Virus record (IMG/VR): IMGVR_UViG_3300009169_000001
Location: 1-64,000 of that record
Length of the DNA: 64,000 nt
Direction: 5' to 3' (one strand)
From: a virus
Translations under genes and position numbers: made by a program
Notes under the pieces: model-generated
Seen by the model: only the letters and a program-made list of their open reading frames with translations
Told to the model about the DNA's origin: nothing
Database searches by the model: none
Shown: piece after piece, positions 1 to 10,727 of the stretch
How positions within the stretch are numbered: position 1 is the first letter of the stretch
Layout of the letters: each line of letters starts with the position of its first letter

Positions 1-38
1 CATTCTTTACCAAGCCGATCCGCTGGGACTCCGGCACG

Positions 39-2081
39 GTGCGGGGCTTTATCATTCGCCCACATGACGACAACGGCACTGTGTGGGGTGAACCCTATGA
101 GGATGAGGACGGCAACCCTATCCTGCCGGGCACTGAGGGGGGCCCCTACGCTAATGCCTTTCTAGGTATCAAGAACGGCGAGTGGATGATCCAGCGGAAC
201 CGCAAGTGGCAGTCCGCAGGTAACATCGACTGGAAAGGCCCGTGGGTAGACGCGGATGCTCAGAAGCGCACCATTATCACGGTGAACGGCCCAACCCAGC
301 GCTACTGGAACACGGGCGCGTTCAAATACGACGAGGGCGATAACAAGCACTACATCTACTTCAATGGTCACGTCTGCGGAATAGCCCCTAAGCCGGTGTT
401 GGGGGCCTGCATGAAGCCCCACACCTTCAAAGAGTACAACAACATCCTGCAGGTGTATGAGGACAAGACCTACCAGAGCTTGATTGCCATAGTAAAGAGC
501 GGCAACAGTGACGTGTGCATCGTGCGCAAGGCCATGGCCAATCTGCTGGAGGAAGAGATCACCGAAGAGGATTTTGCCCTGTACTCGCGGTGGCACAAGG
601 ACATAGATCTCTCGCTGGAGCCGGACGCCCAAGGCTGGATTGCACTGGGGGATGGCATCGGGTACGCAGACGGCAAGCCCTCGGTTGAGCCGGAGGCACC
701 GTGGTTTTTCAACACGGAGTGCACCGTGGCCAGAACCATGCGCCGCTGCGCGTTCTCGAACACGACCAACCAAACGACACCTTTCGACGACCAGATGTAT
801 CGTGAGTTGCAGTGCAGCATCAATCTGGATGAGGGGGCTTCCTTCTTGCAGCTGGATGATGAAGCGACCATGGGGGGCAACTTCGGGTACAGCGTTTGGG
901 AGACCCAACAGGTTTACGACAAGACGCAGGTGACCTACGTGCAGCCCGCCGAGGTCTCGTGGAACGGGGTGGCCCACACCTTTCAAGAGGATCACTACAA
1001 ACAGCTGACCACCATGACCGGAGATTCGAAGATCGCGGTGGACTTTAACCCTGACACAGGGCGCTGGGTTTACGGCTGGCTATTTGGAATCATGGGTAGG
1101 CTGCAGGCGCAGGACTGGTCGCTGGGCACTGATCTGCCGGGGGTGACTAACCCCAATACGGGCTCAGAGACGGGCCCCAACCCGCCGGATAGTCCCAAAA
1201 CCGTGGGAGGCCACACACCCGCCACGTGGTACGGGTGGGGCGACAACGTCACCTTCAACATTAATGAGAGCAACTCACAGCCGTACCCGAAACACGCTGA
1301 GATCAGCTTGGTTTGGACCCGCCACGGGGATGCTTCAATGTTTGCGGGGGGTGAGGATGATCCCGAGGATACCCTGCTGGCGTTCATCGATTCCTACGTG
1401 ACATACATTCAGTACGCCGACATCCGCTGCAACATGCTGTGTGGCTACGTGAGCGCCCAGAACGTCGCCCGCCAGACCAACGGCACCTACACCAGCTTCA
1501 TAGAAGAGATCCAGTGGGCTATCGTCGGCAAGGGTACAGGTGTGCTGGACCCACCCTACACCGTCAACGGCCAAGGGGGCAGCATCTATCAGAGTTACAA
1601 GCCTGATGAGACACCCTACAACAGCACCAGCCATCAGTTCATGCGCTGGGCCGCGCCGCCCACCACGGTGAATCTGGGAGACGGAGGCCACACACGGGTG
1701 GAGATGGAGGAGTGGGCCGCCAACCTATCCGACAATTACGTAGGCTACAACTACAGCTTCACGATGTCGCATGAGAACGATGACGAGGCTCTGTGGTCCC
1801 CTTATTGGGTGGATCACTACCCAACTTTTTTCCTCGATGGCCGATCGGTGCGGTATGCTTGGATACCCTTGACCATCATCCAGATGTTGCGGGACCCTCG
1901 GTGCGAGACAACGGCGGTGTACGGCAACACGGAGCTGAATGAGTCGCTGGTAGCGATTGAATTCTTCGACAAGACTGAGCAGTCTTTTGTGTCCAAGCAC
2001 TATAGCTGGGCTGACATCGATGGGGATCCGATTACGATCACCGAGGGTGCTACTAAGATAACGCCGGGAGGGCTGAGATGA
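39..2081 (+). CDS. Putative virion structural protein (true start may lie upstream of the window)
   Basis: 680-aa W/G/D-rich ORF at the head of the tail-gene cluster; no recognisable motif. Confidence 0.55.
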   Translation: MRGFIIRPHDDNGTVWGEPYEDEDGNPILPGTEGGPYANAFLGIKNGEWMIQRNRKWQSAGNIDWKGPWVDADAQKRTIITVNGPTQRYWNTGAFKYDEGDNKHYIYFNGHVCGIAPKPVLGACMKPHTFKEYNNILQVYEDKTYQSLIAIVKSGNSDVCIVRKAMANLLEEEITEEDFALYSRWHKDIDLSLEPDAQGWIALGDGIGYADGKPSVEPEAPWFFNTECTVARTMRRCAFSNTTNQTTPFDDQMYRELQCSINLDEGASFLQLDDEATMGGNFGYSVWETQQVYDKTQVTYVQPAEVSWNGVAHTFQEDHYKQLTTMTGDSKIAVDFNPDTGRWVYGWLFGIMGRLQAQDWSLGTDLPGVTNPNTGSETGPNPPDSPKTVGGHTPATWYGWGDNVTFNINESNSQPYPKHAEISLVWTRHGDASMFAGGEDDPEDTLLAFIDSYVTYIQYADIRCNMLCGYVSAQNVARQTNGTYTSFIEEIQWAIVGKGTGVLDPPYTVNGQGGSIYQSYKPDETPYNSTSHQFMRWAAPPTTVNLGDGGHTRVEMEEWAANLSDNYVGYNYSFTMSHENDDEALWSPYWVDHYPTFFLDGRSVRYAWIPLTIIQMLRDPRCETTAVYGNTELNESLVAIEFFDKTEQSFVSKHYSWADIDGDPITITEGATKITPGGLR

Positions 2082-2302
2082 TTAGGGTGAATCTGATTTC
2101 GGATCTTGTGGAGAAGCAGATACAGGACACGCAGAACGCCATGTCCCCAGAGGAGAAGGAGGCCTTTGAGGCGCGACAGGTGGAGATCCGCAAGCTGAGG
2201 GCACGGGCGATCAAGGACAAAGCCGGGACTGAGACGCCAGAGCCTGATCTGGGACATCCGCGCTTGAGGGCCTCACCCGTTATGATACCTAAGAGGATTT
2301 AA
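2078..2302 (+). CDS. Hypothetical protein
   Basis: 74 aa, ATGA overlap with upstream gene. Confidence 0.6.
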   Translation: MIRVNLISDLVEKQIQDTQNAMSPEEKEAFEARQVEIRKLRARAIKDKAGTETPEPDLGHPRLRASPVMIPKRI

Positions 2303-2304
2303 CC

Positions 2305-3096
2305 ATGGCGCTGAAATTATCAGACCTGCAGTTCTTCTACTCGAACGTTACAGCCTCGGACAACCCCATTGGGGATCCCGATACTGGGCTGGGTGGCAGC
2401 ATTTCGACGCACACCAATAAGCGGATCAAGAGTCAGAACGCGACCACCATCACCATTGCGGGCATTACGTTTGTCGATGCTTACGGCAACCCGGAGGGCA
2501 ATGGTAGCCTAGCGTACACGCACAACGGCGGCACTGGGCGGCAGGTGTCATGGCGGCCCGCTGGGCAAGCCACCTATTACGGCGTTGTGGTGGACGCTGG
2601 AGGCACGTTCCTGATCGGGTCCTCATCAGGGTACATGGAAGTCACCGTGGTCGCTGGGTCGCTCCCTGTGTCCGATCAACTGCAGTCGATCACCATCTCT
2701 AACAACCTGCACGCGATCTTTCCACAAGTGGCCGCCACCGACTCTTTGCTGGGGATCACCGAGTACCGCTGCGTGTACATCAAGAACATCTCCGCCACTG
2801 ACGCGGCCCCTGATTGCAAACTCTGGGTAGCCTCGAATACACCCGGCGGTGACACCGTGGACATCGGATTGGGAACCTCGGGCCTGAATGGGATCGAGCA
2901 GGTGATAGCAGACGGCGAGACTGCGCCTGTAGGTGTGACGTTCTCTGCGCCGAGTACGTCCGGGACCGGGCTGGTAGTTGGTAACATTCCTCTCGGGCAG
3001 CATTACGCTTTCTGGATGCGCAGAACCGTCCCGGTAGAGACCCGAGGCACCGTGATCTCCAACGGGGTGGTGTTGGGGCTGTCGGCTACGATCTAA
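2305..3096 (+). CDS. Tail-associated structural protein
   Basis: LGGxxS...EYRCVYIKN...AFWMRRTVP; paralogous to the C-terminal half of 8011..9987. Confidence 0.65.
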   Translation: MALKLSDLQFFYSNVTASDNPIGDPDTGLGGSISTHTNKRIKSQNATTITIAGITFVDAYGNPEGNGSLAYTHNGGTGRQVSWRPAGQATYYGVVVDAGGTFLIGSSSGYMEVTVVAGSLPVSDQLQSITISNNLHAIFPQVAATDSLLGITEYRCVYIKNISATDAAPDCKLWVASNTPGGDTVDIGLGTSGLNGIEQVIADGETAPVGVTFSAPSTSGTGLVVGNIPLGQHYAFWMRRTVPVETRGTVISNGVVLGLSATI

Positions 3097-3125
3097 TGAC
3101 ATTAATTGCACTGGAAAGCTAACGT

Positions 3126-4331
3126 ATGGCATACCCCGTAAAATGGCTTAGTTCAGGTATGGGTAGCGCCCCGGTACTCGGTGACGTCACGCCGGGCGGC
3201 TTGGTCGCTATGTTCCGCGCCTGCCTGATCAATGGATTCGGGGCGCAGACACCCACGACAGTGACCTACTCGGGCGGCAAGATTACCGCTACGTTCAGCG
3301 GCGCTCATGGCTTCCTGCCCTACCAGATCGTGAACATCACCGGAGTAAACGAGTCGGGGTACAACGGTGACCAGCGCATCGACTCCACCACGTCCACGAC
3401 GATCACGATCACCCCCCAGACTGCGCCGACTGTTACACCGGCTACCGGTACGATCAGCATCAAGACGCCGCCGCTCGATGGCTGGTCAGAGACCTATTAC
3501 GACGCAGGCACGCACAACATCGTGTTCTCGCGCACCAACGTGAACGCGACAGATTACAAGATACGAATCTACAACGACATCAGCTACTCGACGAACACCA
3601 CGTACGGTAACTGGGTCGCCAAGGTCGATGTGATTACGAACTGGACGAACATCACCACCTACACCCTGCAGCAGACGGCCTATTTCCCCGGCAGCGCCCG
3701 GTACGCCACTTCGCAGGAGTGGGTTGTCATGGGCGACGACCTGATGTTTGTTTGGCTTAATAGGTTTGCCGCCAATAGCAGAACTTCCGCCTATATTTTT
3801 GGGGACATCAATTCGGTAGTGGGTGGGGATAGGCACCACTGCATAGTGCTGGGCTGCAGCAATGACGGTGCTGCGCGGTGGAATACCAGTGGGGCCTATG
3901 CCACCCACTCAAACCTCGGGACGTTCAAGAGCACGTACCAGCGTTGGCTGATGCGCAACTACGGCGCGGTGGGCGGTATCCTCACCGGCTCAGGTATTAC
4001 TACCGGCACAGGCTCAGTCGTGTGGGATTTGCGTGGTTACTTCGAAGCACGGTTCGGGCAGTACGTCACGTACCCCAACCCGGTGAACAACGGCCTCATG
4101 GTATTCAAGGGGCCGCTGATGATCACCGAGACCAACAACGTGCGCGGCTACATGCCCGGCTTGATGCAGCCGCTGTCAGAGCCGATCACGATTCTGCACA
4201 ACACCATTCTCACGACGTTGCCGGGGCTGGAGGGCATACCCGTGCTTCTCTACAAGGTATCCTATTCGACAAACAACGACGCCGCTGAAACGCTGGGCGC
4301 TTGGCGGCTGGATAACTGGAGAATAGCGTAA
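3126..4331 (+). CDS. Tail fibre / receptor-binding-like protein, paralog 1
   Basis: N-terminus MAYPVKW..GM..AP.L...RACLINGF resembles proteobacterial phage fibre proteins; C-terminal RGYMPG. Confidence 0.65.
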   Translation: MAYPVKWLSSGMGSAPVLGDVTPGGLVAMFRACLINGFGAQTPTTVTYSGGKITATFSGAHGFLPYQIVNITGVNESGYNGDQRIDSTTSTTITITPQTAPTVTPATGTISIKTPPLDGWSETYYDAGTHNIVFSRTNVNATDYKIRIYNDISYSTNTTYGNWVAKVDVITNWTNITTYTLQQTAYFPGSARYATSQEWVVMGDDLMFVWLNRFAANSRTSAYIFGDINSVVGGDRHHCIVLGCSNDGAARWNTSGAYATHSNLGTFKSTYQRWLMRNYGAVGGILTGSGITTGTGSVVWDLRGYFEARFGQYVTYPNPVNNGLMVFKGPLMITETNNVRGYMPGLMQPLSEPITILHNTILTTLPGLEGIPVLLYKVSYSTNNDAAETLGAWRLDNWRIA

Positions 4332-5515
4332 TGGCGTACAACGTAAAATGGTACCAAAGTGGAATGGCGGGTGGGCCTACCTTGGCCTCTGCTACAGCAG
4401 GAAGCCTTAATGCTTTGCTCCGGGCGTGCCTGATCGACGGCTTCAACAGCCTGTCAGTCACCTCGGCCACGTACTCCTCGGGCACCGGCAAGGTAACGCT
4501 GACCTTTGGCGCTGCACACGGCTTCTTGAAGCACCAGATCATCGCGGTAAGCGGCGCAACTGAAGCGAACTATAACGGAGAGCAGCGCGTGACGTCGGTG
4601 CCCACCACGACCACGCTGGAGTACGTACCGGCAGCCGCTCCCGCCTCCACGACCACCGGCACCATCCTGTGCAAGACACCGGCTGTTGGCGGCTGGGTGG
4701 AGACCTATTATGACGGCGGCACACATAAGCTGATACTGAGCCGGTCGAGCGGGGCCGCCACTCCGTACAAGATCGTGATCACGAATAATGCGAACTACTC
4801 TAGCACGGAGTCCTACACCACTTACATCTGCAAGGTCGAGATTGTGCAAGGGTATGTGAATGACACCACCTATGAGGTAGTTCACACCACGTATCCTGCA
4901 GCGGGTTGGAGAACTTCGGCGGGCGAAGACTGGTCTCTCCAAGGCGATCATCTGGGGTTTTATTGGTCGAACCAATACGCTGTAAACTCCAGAAGTTCAA
5001 CGTATTGGTTCGGGGATATTGTATCGCTGCGGCCCGGTGACGCAGGTCACTTCGCCGTCTGCGGTACACCGAATGGCGATGTTCGTTGGAATGCGACGGG
5101 TAACGCTACTCACAGGGGCATGGTGGGGATTGCGTATAACGTCCAGAACCATCTGATGACTGGGTACGATCAGCTCCAAGGCACCGCGACGTTTGACCTT
5201 ATGATGACAGGCTCTACGGCGGTGGGCGACGAAATAGCTAACCCCAGTCTGGGCACCACAGGCATGTTCTTTTTCAACGGCCCGTGGTTGATACGCGAGG
5301 TACCGGCAACCCCGTGCCCTATCAGGGGATACATGCCGGGGATGATAGCTCCCCTGCAGAACGACCAGAGCTGGCACCGTAGAATACTGGAAGGCGTTCC
5401 GTGGGTTGGGGGTGCGCTCATCTACGTGAACAAGAGCCAGTACAACAACGTTAATGACTCAGCCGCATACCTGTTCGCTGTCCGTCTGGATGAATGGCGG
5501 ACAATAGTAGGTTAA
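4331..5515 (+). CDS. Tail fibre / receptor-binding-like protein, paralog 2
   Basis: Colinear with 3126..4331 (VKW..SGM, RACLI.GF, HGFL..QI, YNG.QR, RGYMPG, RLD.WR). Confidence 0.65.
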   Translation: MAYNVKWYQSGMAGGPTLASATAGSLNALLRACLIDGFNSLSVTSATYSSGTGKVTLTFGAAHGFLKHQIIAVSGATEANYNGEQRVTSVPTTTTLEYVPAAAPASTTTGTILCKTPAVGGWVETYYDGGTHKLILSRSSGAATPYKIVITNNANYSSTESYTTYICKVEIVQGYVNDTTYEVVHTTYPAAGWRTSAGEDWSLQGDHLGFYWSNQYAVNSRSSTYWFGDIVSLRPGDAGHFAVCGTPNGDVRWNATGNATHRGMVGIAYNVQNHLMTGYDQLQGTATFDLMMTGSTAVGDEIANPSLGTTGMFFFNGPWLIREVPATPCPIRGYMPGMIAPLQNDQSWHRRILEGVPWVGGALIYVNKSQYNNVNDSAAYLFAVRLDEWRTIVG

Positions 5516-5518
5516 TCC

Positions 5519-7984
5519 ATGGCAATGCTGGTTAAACATCGCTTCGACGGTCATGCCCTAGACACCTACGGGTCTCTGCATGGCACGGTAACGAGCACGA
5601 CTTTCGAAGCATCCAAGCTGCACGGACAGGGCGAGGAGGCCGTGTTCAACGGCACCACGTCCAAGATTGTGTCCGGCCTGCAGATGTCCTCACAGACCGC
5701 AGCGATTTTCTCTGCGTGGATAGAGCCGATCAGCGGCAACGGCTACATCATGGGCCAGCACAACGGGTCTACGCAGGGTGTTGGTCTGGAGCTGAACTGC
5801 GACCGCACCACCATCGATGCGAGCTACCCAGAAAACAAGATACTGTGTCACTTCGATACCTCGTTTGCAGACTCGTCGATCTACAAGCATGTATTGGTAC
5901 CTAACGCTACGGCCCTACCGACCATTAGCGCCACGCAGTCGAAGTTTGGCGGCAAGTCGCTTTCTTGCCAAACGGCGTTGTCCTACTTGTACGTACCCAC
6001 GATAGGCACCTCTGGCGTTCTCGGCACAGGAAATTTCACCATCGATATGTGGGTTTACCGCACGGTGGCTGGTGTTACGCACAGCTTGTACGACCAGCGC
6101 CCTGCGTCCACTAACGGGGTTTACCCGTGGTTATACATTGCCGCCGCCGATAACACGCTACGCTATATGGTCTCGTCGGTGGATCGGATCACGGGAGCTA
6201 CGACAGTACCCGCGAATACGTGGTTCCACGTCGCCGTGGTACGCAATAACGGCACCACCACTATGTACTTGGATGGGGTGGTGCAGGGCACGGCCTACAC
6301 CGACGCCAACTCGTATATCAACGGCGCGAGCAGGCCGATAATAGGGGCTAGTGGGTTTACGATTGCAAACGATGTATTTACCGGCTACATAGATGAGCTG
6401 AGAGTACGTAGCGGGGCAACGTGGACAGCCGCGTTCACACCCCCTACCACGCCCTATGCCGACCACTACATCGTCGAGGCGCGTATCAGGGGCACTCTGA
6501 ACGGACTGACAACCGGCTGGTACCCGATCCCCAAGGATCGCCACACCCCGGTCACGCTCTCGTACGACACAGGTGTCTTATCGCTATACATCGGCGGGGA
6601 GTTGAAGGAGACGGTTTCGGCTACTGTGACGTGGCCCGCAACACCGTTCACCTTTGGGTGCTTGAACGCAGGCACCAACTTTACGGCCTGCAGGATAGCC
6701 GCTTTCGCTGCATGGGATGTAGCCGCGAGCACCACGGCGGCACTCTACCTGAGCTGGCCGACCAATCTTGACCAGATTACGGATATAACGTGCCCGCCCA
6801 CAAACGAAGACAGTTTCACCAGCAACACGGTGGCCAGTCAGGGGACCATTTATTCCGGAGGTACGGCGGCCACGGTCACGCACGATGCTGGCAATAACGC
6901 TATGAACTTCAACGCAACTGCGGGGGGCAACAACCAGAACCATTTGGTGTGGTCTAGCCTAACACCCTCCCGGCAGTTCACGTTTGAGATCGAGATGCAG
7001 ATGTTTTCTGACCCAGCCAACAGAGATCACTGGGGGATGATGGTCTGCATGGGTCCGTCGGCGTCCAGCTACCTGCCCTATATGCGCATCCATTGGGTAG
7101 ACAGAACATTTGTCCCTGCCCCGTCATTTTTCAGTACGGTATCTGCGGCGACAACCCCGACCCTAGTTCTGCTACATGCTGGGGATACTTTTGTGGATAG
7201 CGTAACCCGAACGATCCGCATTACATGGGACTTCAACACGCGACACATGGTGCTCTACGCAGACGGCATCAGGATATACGAGGTGGCGGCTGACCCCGGC
7301 CAGAATGCTGGCTGGCTAAATACTGCAGACGGTTTGACAGGCCAACTACCGGCGATAAATGCGTACAACGCCAGCCTCAAGATTTACGGATTCAAGTACT
7401 GGAACTACGTTATACCGGGCGCTCCGTTCGGAGACTCGGTTATCAGAAGGTGCCGTTACCCTTCCACTCCGAGGCTAGTCTCTGATCTAGTTGTCCCGTG
7501 GAAGGGCTACCACCCGTATGGCAGCAGCCACGCGGACATCGTATCCGACGGCTGGGCGTCCAAGACCGTAACGAACCACCCGAAGGGTAATCTGGCGGGT
7601 AACCTAAACGAGGAGTACGACGTTACGCTTGCAGGCACACCTGCGGGGCCTAATCGTATAGGGCCAGTAGCGTGGACAGATCAGGTAGACGGGGCCGGAG
7701 CAAAATACTCTACCGGTGATGGGGCGCAGCCAGACCCGGCAAAGTTCGGCAAGATTCAAGGGACCATTACGGAAGTGCCGGGGTCCCCCGTCAGTAGATT
7801 GGTGTGTTGTTACGCTCAGGACGATCAACGTCTGATAAGATCAACGTGGAGTGGGCAAGATGGGTCCTACCTATTCATAGATCTGCACATGGATAGGCTG
7901 TACACCGTGGTGGTTTACGACTATACCGGGGCGTATAACGCCGTTATTGCGGACAAGGTGTCGCCTGAACTCAATGTGATATGA
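5519..7984 (+). CDS. LamG/concanavalin A-like lectin domain tail fibre protein
   Basis: FTIDMWVY...WFHVAVVR..GTTTMYLDG...FTGYIDELRV LamG signature; C-terminal beta-sandwich anchor-like domain (RSTWS..DGSY.F..L). Confidence 0.75.
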   Translation: MAMLVKHRFDGHALDTYGSLHGTVTSTTFEASKLHGQGEEAVFNGTTSKIVSGLQMSSQTAAIFSAWIEPISGNGYIMGQHNGSTQGVGLELNCDRTTIDASYPENKILCHFDTSFADSSIYKHVLVPNATALPTISATQSKFGGKSLSCQTALSYLYVPTIGTSGVLGTGNFTIDMWVYRTVAGVTHSLYDQRPASTNGVYPWLYIAAADNTLRYMVSSVDRITGATTVPANTWFHVAVVRNNGTTTMYLDGVVQGTAYTDANSYINGASRPIIGASGFTIANDVFTGYIDELRVRSGATWTAAFTPPTTPYADHYIVEARIRGTLNGLTTGWYPIPKDRHTPVTLSYDTGVLSLYIGGELKETVSATVTWPATPFTFGCLNAGTNFTACRIAAFAAWDVAASTTAALYLSWPTNLDQITDITCPPTNEDSFTSNTVASQGTIYSGGTAATVTHDAGNNAMNFNATAGGNNQNHLVWSSLTPSRQFTFEIEMQMFSDPANRDHWGMMVCMGPSASSYLPYMRIHWVDRTFVPAPSFFSTVSAATTPTLVLLHAGDTFVDSVTRTIRITWDFNTRHMVLYADGIRIYEVAADPGQNAGWLNTADGLTGQLPAINAYNASLKIYGFKYWNYVIPGAPFGDSVIRRCRYPSTPRLVSDLVVPWKGYHPYGSSHADIVSDGWASKTVTNHPKGNLAGNLNEEYDVTLAGTPAGPNRIGPVAWTDQVDGAGAKYSTGDGAQPDPAKFGKIQGTITEVPGSPVSRLVCCYAQDDQRLIRSTWSGQDGSYLFIDLHMDRLYTVVVYDYTGAYNAVIADKVSPELNVI

Positions 7985-8010
7985 CGGCCTCGACAGACGG
8001 CGGATAAGGC

Positions 8011-9987
8011 ATGGCGGTGAATCTGCAGCTGGGTGCGCTAGTACTGGAGAGCCCCAGCCACAGCAGCCCGCTAGACATAAATCTCTCCCCCGCGTACGGG
8101 GTTGACGTAATACCCGATACGGGGGCCCTCACGTTCGTGGGTCTTGCCCCCACGGTACTCATTGCTGTACCTGCTGGTGCACTTAATTTCACTGGGCTTA
8201 CGCCCACCATTCTCACCCCGGTTGTAGTGTCCGTGGGCGTGGGCACGGTGGTATGCACCGGGCTTGAGCCTGAGATAATCACGCTAACGGGGTCCGGGGC
8301 TGAAATACCCACGGGGACCGTAGATGCTACAGGTCTGGCCCCCACGGTATTGACGCCGAGGACGGTGCCAGTACCTTTGGGCGCGGCGACCTTCACGGGT
8401 CTGGCACCGACGTTCGTTCAAGGTGTTCGCACCCAGCCCGGTGTGGGGTCGCTGGTCCTCACAGGCCTCGCGCCCAAGACACCTATCGTGTCGAAGGTTC
8501 CTGCAGGTACCGTGGCTTTCACGGGACTTGCTCCCAAGGCGATCATCAACAACATCGTCCAGCCGGGGGTAGGGTCTCTGGTGCTCACCGGTCTCGCACC
8601 GGCCTACAAGAACGCCATCACCTCGCGGCCACCCGCAGGTACGGTGGCTTTCACGGGCCTCGCACCGGCTGCGCTGATCAACATCATGGTAAACGTCCCC
8701 ACGGGGACCATGACGATCACGGGCTTGGAGCCTGCGCTTACGTTCTCCCTGAGCTTTGCGATACAGCCTCTCGACAAGGCTGCCATGGTGGGGGGCACGG
8801 TGAGCTTCTATGCTCAAGCGCTGGGAGAGGCACCCATCGCCTACCAGTGGTACGAGGAGACCGCAGGCCTGTTGGTGGGGGAGACATCCCAGACCTTAAC
8901 CCTGACCAACTTACAGGCCTCGCAGCTGGGTCAGCGGTATTACGTCAACGCCACCGACGCCGCCTCAGCCAGCCTCAACTCTCGAATGGCGTTCTTGGAG
9001 GTACGCCCGCTCACGGCCAACAACGCCATCGCGGGCAACGTGTCGGTGTACTTCGTCATGTCTGGAGGGTACTACAACACGGATCCCCGGCTTTCGCTGG
9101 GCGGCCCGGCATCACTGGCTGCAGGTGGCATACCCATGCCACAGCTGGCCGAACTCATCACACCGGGGGACGCGATACCGGGGGTGGAGTTTATCGGGTC
9201 CGCTGGGGTCGCTCTCGGTACGGCTACGCTGAGCTGGGACGCCGGGACAGGGGTCCTGACGTGGACCGATTCTGCGTTGAACACCGCGACGGTATATCTG
9301 GGCGGGGCCAGTGGCCTGTACCAGACCTCCGGGGTCAACGGTAGGGCTATGTTCAAGGTGGAGACCGCATACCTACCGGGGGTCAATGACACCGCCACGT
9401 ACCACATCGCTGACTGGCATCAGAACGTCTTCGATGATGTTTCCTACTCAGAAAGAGCGGTGCAGCATTATAATTACCGAGCGTTCTTCTTGAGGAACAA
9501 CACTACCAGTGCTCTAGTGAATGCTGTGGTGGCGGTCACGAACACGCCGACCTACGGCACCATCGCGTTGGGTTCCGAGTACGCGACGGCGACCGGCACG
9601 GCCATCAGTGCGGACTACCGTGAGCACAATGCGGTCTACGACAGGAACGGGATGATGCTGTTAGCGGCAAAATCAGAAGCAACCGTTTCGGGGTACATAG
9701 ATTACTATCACTGGGATGGCGTATTCCAAGCACCGACCTACCCCGCCACCGTGTTGGTGCAGGTCTCGGATGGGGTACACACCAACCTGCCGCTGGTGCT
9801 GGCGGATGAGTACGACAGCCTTATGCAGCTGTCTAATGTAAACTTTGGGGCGTCCGTCACTTGGGCGAATGTCCCGGCACAGGGGTATGTATCCTTCTGG
9901 ATACGGCGGGCTATTCCGCCGGGGAGCAGTGGCACCGCATTGACGCTGGACGATTTTAATTTATCAGTGACGTATACAGGAGCATGA
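8011..9987 (+). CDS. Tail-associated protein with P-x-G-xxx-(F/L)TGLAP repeats and an Ig-like domain
   Basis: About 9 FTGLAP-type repeats; Ig-like segment (QPLD..A..GGTVSF...YQWY...TLTL); C-terminal domain paralogous to 2305..3096. Confidence 0.65.
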   Translation: MAVNLQLGALVLESPSHSSPLDINLSPAYGVDVIPDTGALTFVGLAPTVLIAVPAGALNFTGLTPTILTPVVVSVGVGTVVCTGLEPEIITLTGSGAEIPTGTVDATGLAPTVLTPRTVPVPLGAATFTGLAPTFVQGVRTQPGVGSLVLTGLAPKTPIVSKVPAGTVAFTGLAPKAIINNIVQPGVGSLVLTGLAPAYKNAITSRPPAGTVAFTGLAPAALINIMVNVPTGTMTITGLEPALTFSLSFAIQPLDKAAMVGGTVSFYAQALGEAPIAYQWYEETAGLLVGETSQTLTLTNLQASQLGQRYYVNATDAASASLNSRMAFLEVRPLTANNAIAGNVSVYFVMSGGYYNTDPRLSLGGPASLAAGGIPMPQLAELITPGDAIPGVEFIGSAGVALGTATLSWDAGTGVLTWTDSALNTATVYLGGASGLYQTSGVNGRAMFKVETAYLPGVNDTATYHIADWHQNVFDDVSYSERAVQHYNYRAFFLRNNTTSALVNAVVAVTNTPTYGTIALGSEYATATGTAISADYREHNAVYDRNGMMLLAAKSEATVSGYIDYYHWDGVFQAPTYPATVLVQVSDGVHTNLPLVLADEYDSLMQLSNVNFGASVTWANVPAQGYVSFWIRRAIPPGSSGTALTLDDFNLSVTYTGA

Positions 9988-9988
9988 C

Positions 9989-10432
9989 ATGGCAGCCCAG
10001 TTTTCAACTTTCTACTCAGACGAGATCTTGGACAACATTTTTAATGGGGGGACGTTCGTATTTCCTACGGCGTTATGGGTGGCGGCGTTTAACTCCGGGG
10101 CTCAGGCGTCACTGAGAACGAACACCACGGCGACGTGGTACACCAAAGAGGTACCCACCTCAGGCACCGCCTACGCCCGGATTCCCATCATGGCGGCCAC
10201 GGGCATCACGTTCACGATCTCCGCCAACGGCATCATCACTAACCAAGGGCCAGACATTGTGTGGGCCCAAGCCCTCGCGTCATGGGGCACGGTGTACACC
10301 ATAGCGCTAGTGACCACAAGCGCCGCCAACACCGGGAACTGCCTTGCCTACGTGGATCTGGATACCCCACGGGTTATCGAGGCCCCGGACGTGCTGAGCA
10401 TCCCCACCGGCGCACTAGATATCACGCTGTGA
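9989..10432 (+). CDS. Small tail-fibre/adaptor-family structural protein
   Basis: EVPTSGTAYAR...W..A..SWGTV; distantly related to 20084..20527 and 29753..30202. Confidence 0.6.
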   Translation: MAAQFSTFYSDEILDNIFNGGTFVFPTALWVAAFNSGAQASLRTNTTATWYTKEVPTSGTAYARIPIMAATGITFTISANGIITNQGPDIVWAQALASWGTVYTIALVTTSAANTGNCLAYVDLDTPRVIEAPDVLSIPTGALDITL

Positions 10433-10439
10433 TGCCCTG

Positions 10440-10727
10440 ATGAGCGAGTGCGGGAAGCAGCCCGATAAGCATTGTTGCTGGGTACAAGGTAAGCCGTGCA
10501 GGTACCTTAAAACCACAACCCAGAAAGTCCGCAAGGAAGAAGGGTTTTACTGGCGGTGCAAACTGAGGGAGGAACTCGGCTCGTGGGAAGCCGTGCACGC
10601 GTGTGAGCGGTACACCACCGAGATAAAGCCGAAGTGGGTTGAGACCGGGGTCCCCGACTGCGGAGACTGGCCTAAGGGGAACAATGGGTTTGCGTGCACA
10701 GTCTGCGGGATAAAAGATAATGGCTGA
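10440..10727 (+). CDS. Cys-rich putative metal (Zn or Fe-S) binding protein
   Basis: 9 Cys in 95 aa (HCC, PC, CKL, CGDWP, CTVC). Confidence 0.55.
   Translation: MSECGKQPDKHCCWVQGKPCRYLKTTTQKVRKEEGFYWRCKLREELGSWEAVHACERYTTEIKPKWVETGVPDCGDWPKGNNGFACTVCGIKDNG

Noticed and set aside
3126-5515. Tandem fibre paralogs as a DGR or invertible host-range switch
   Set aside because: No reverse transcriptase or invertase, no near-identical TR/VR pair and no flanking inverted repeats seen; the paralogs diverge throughout
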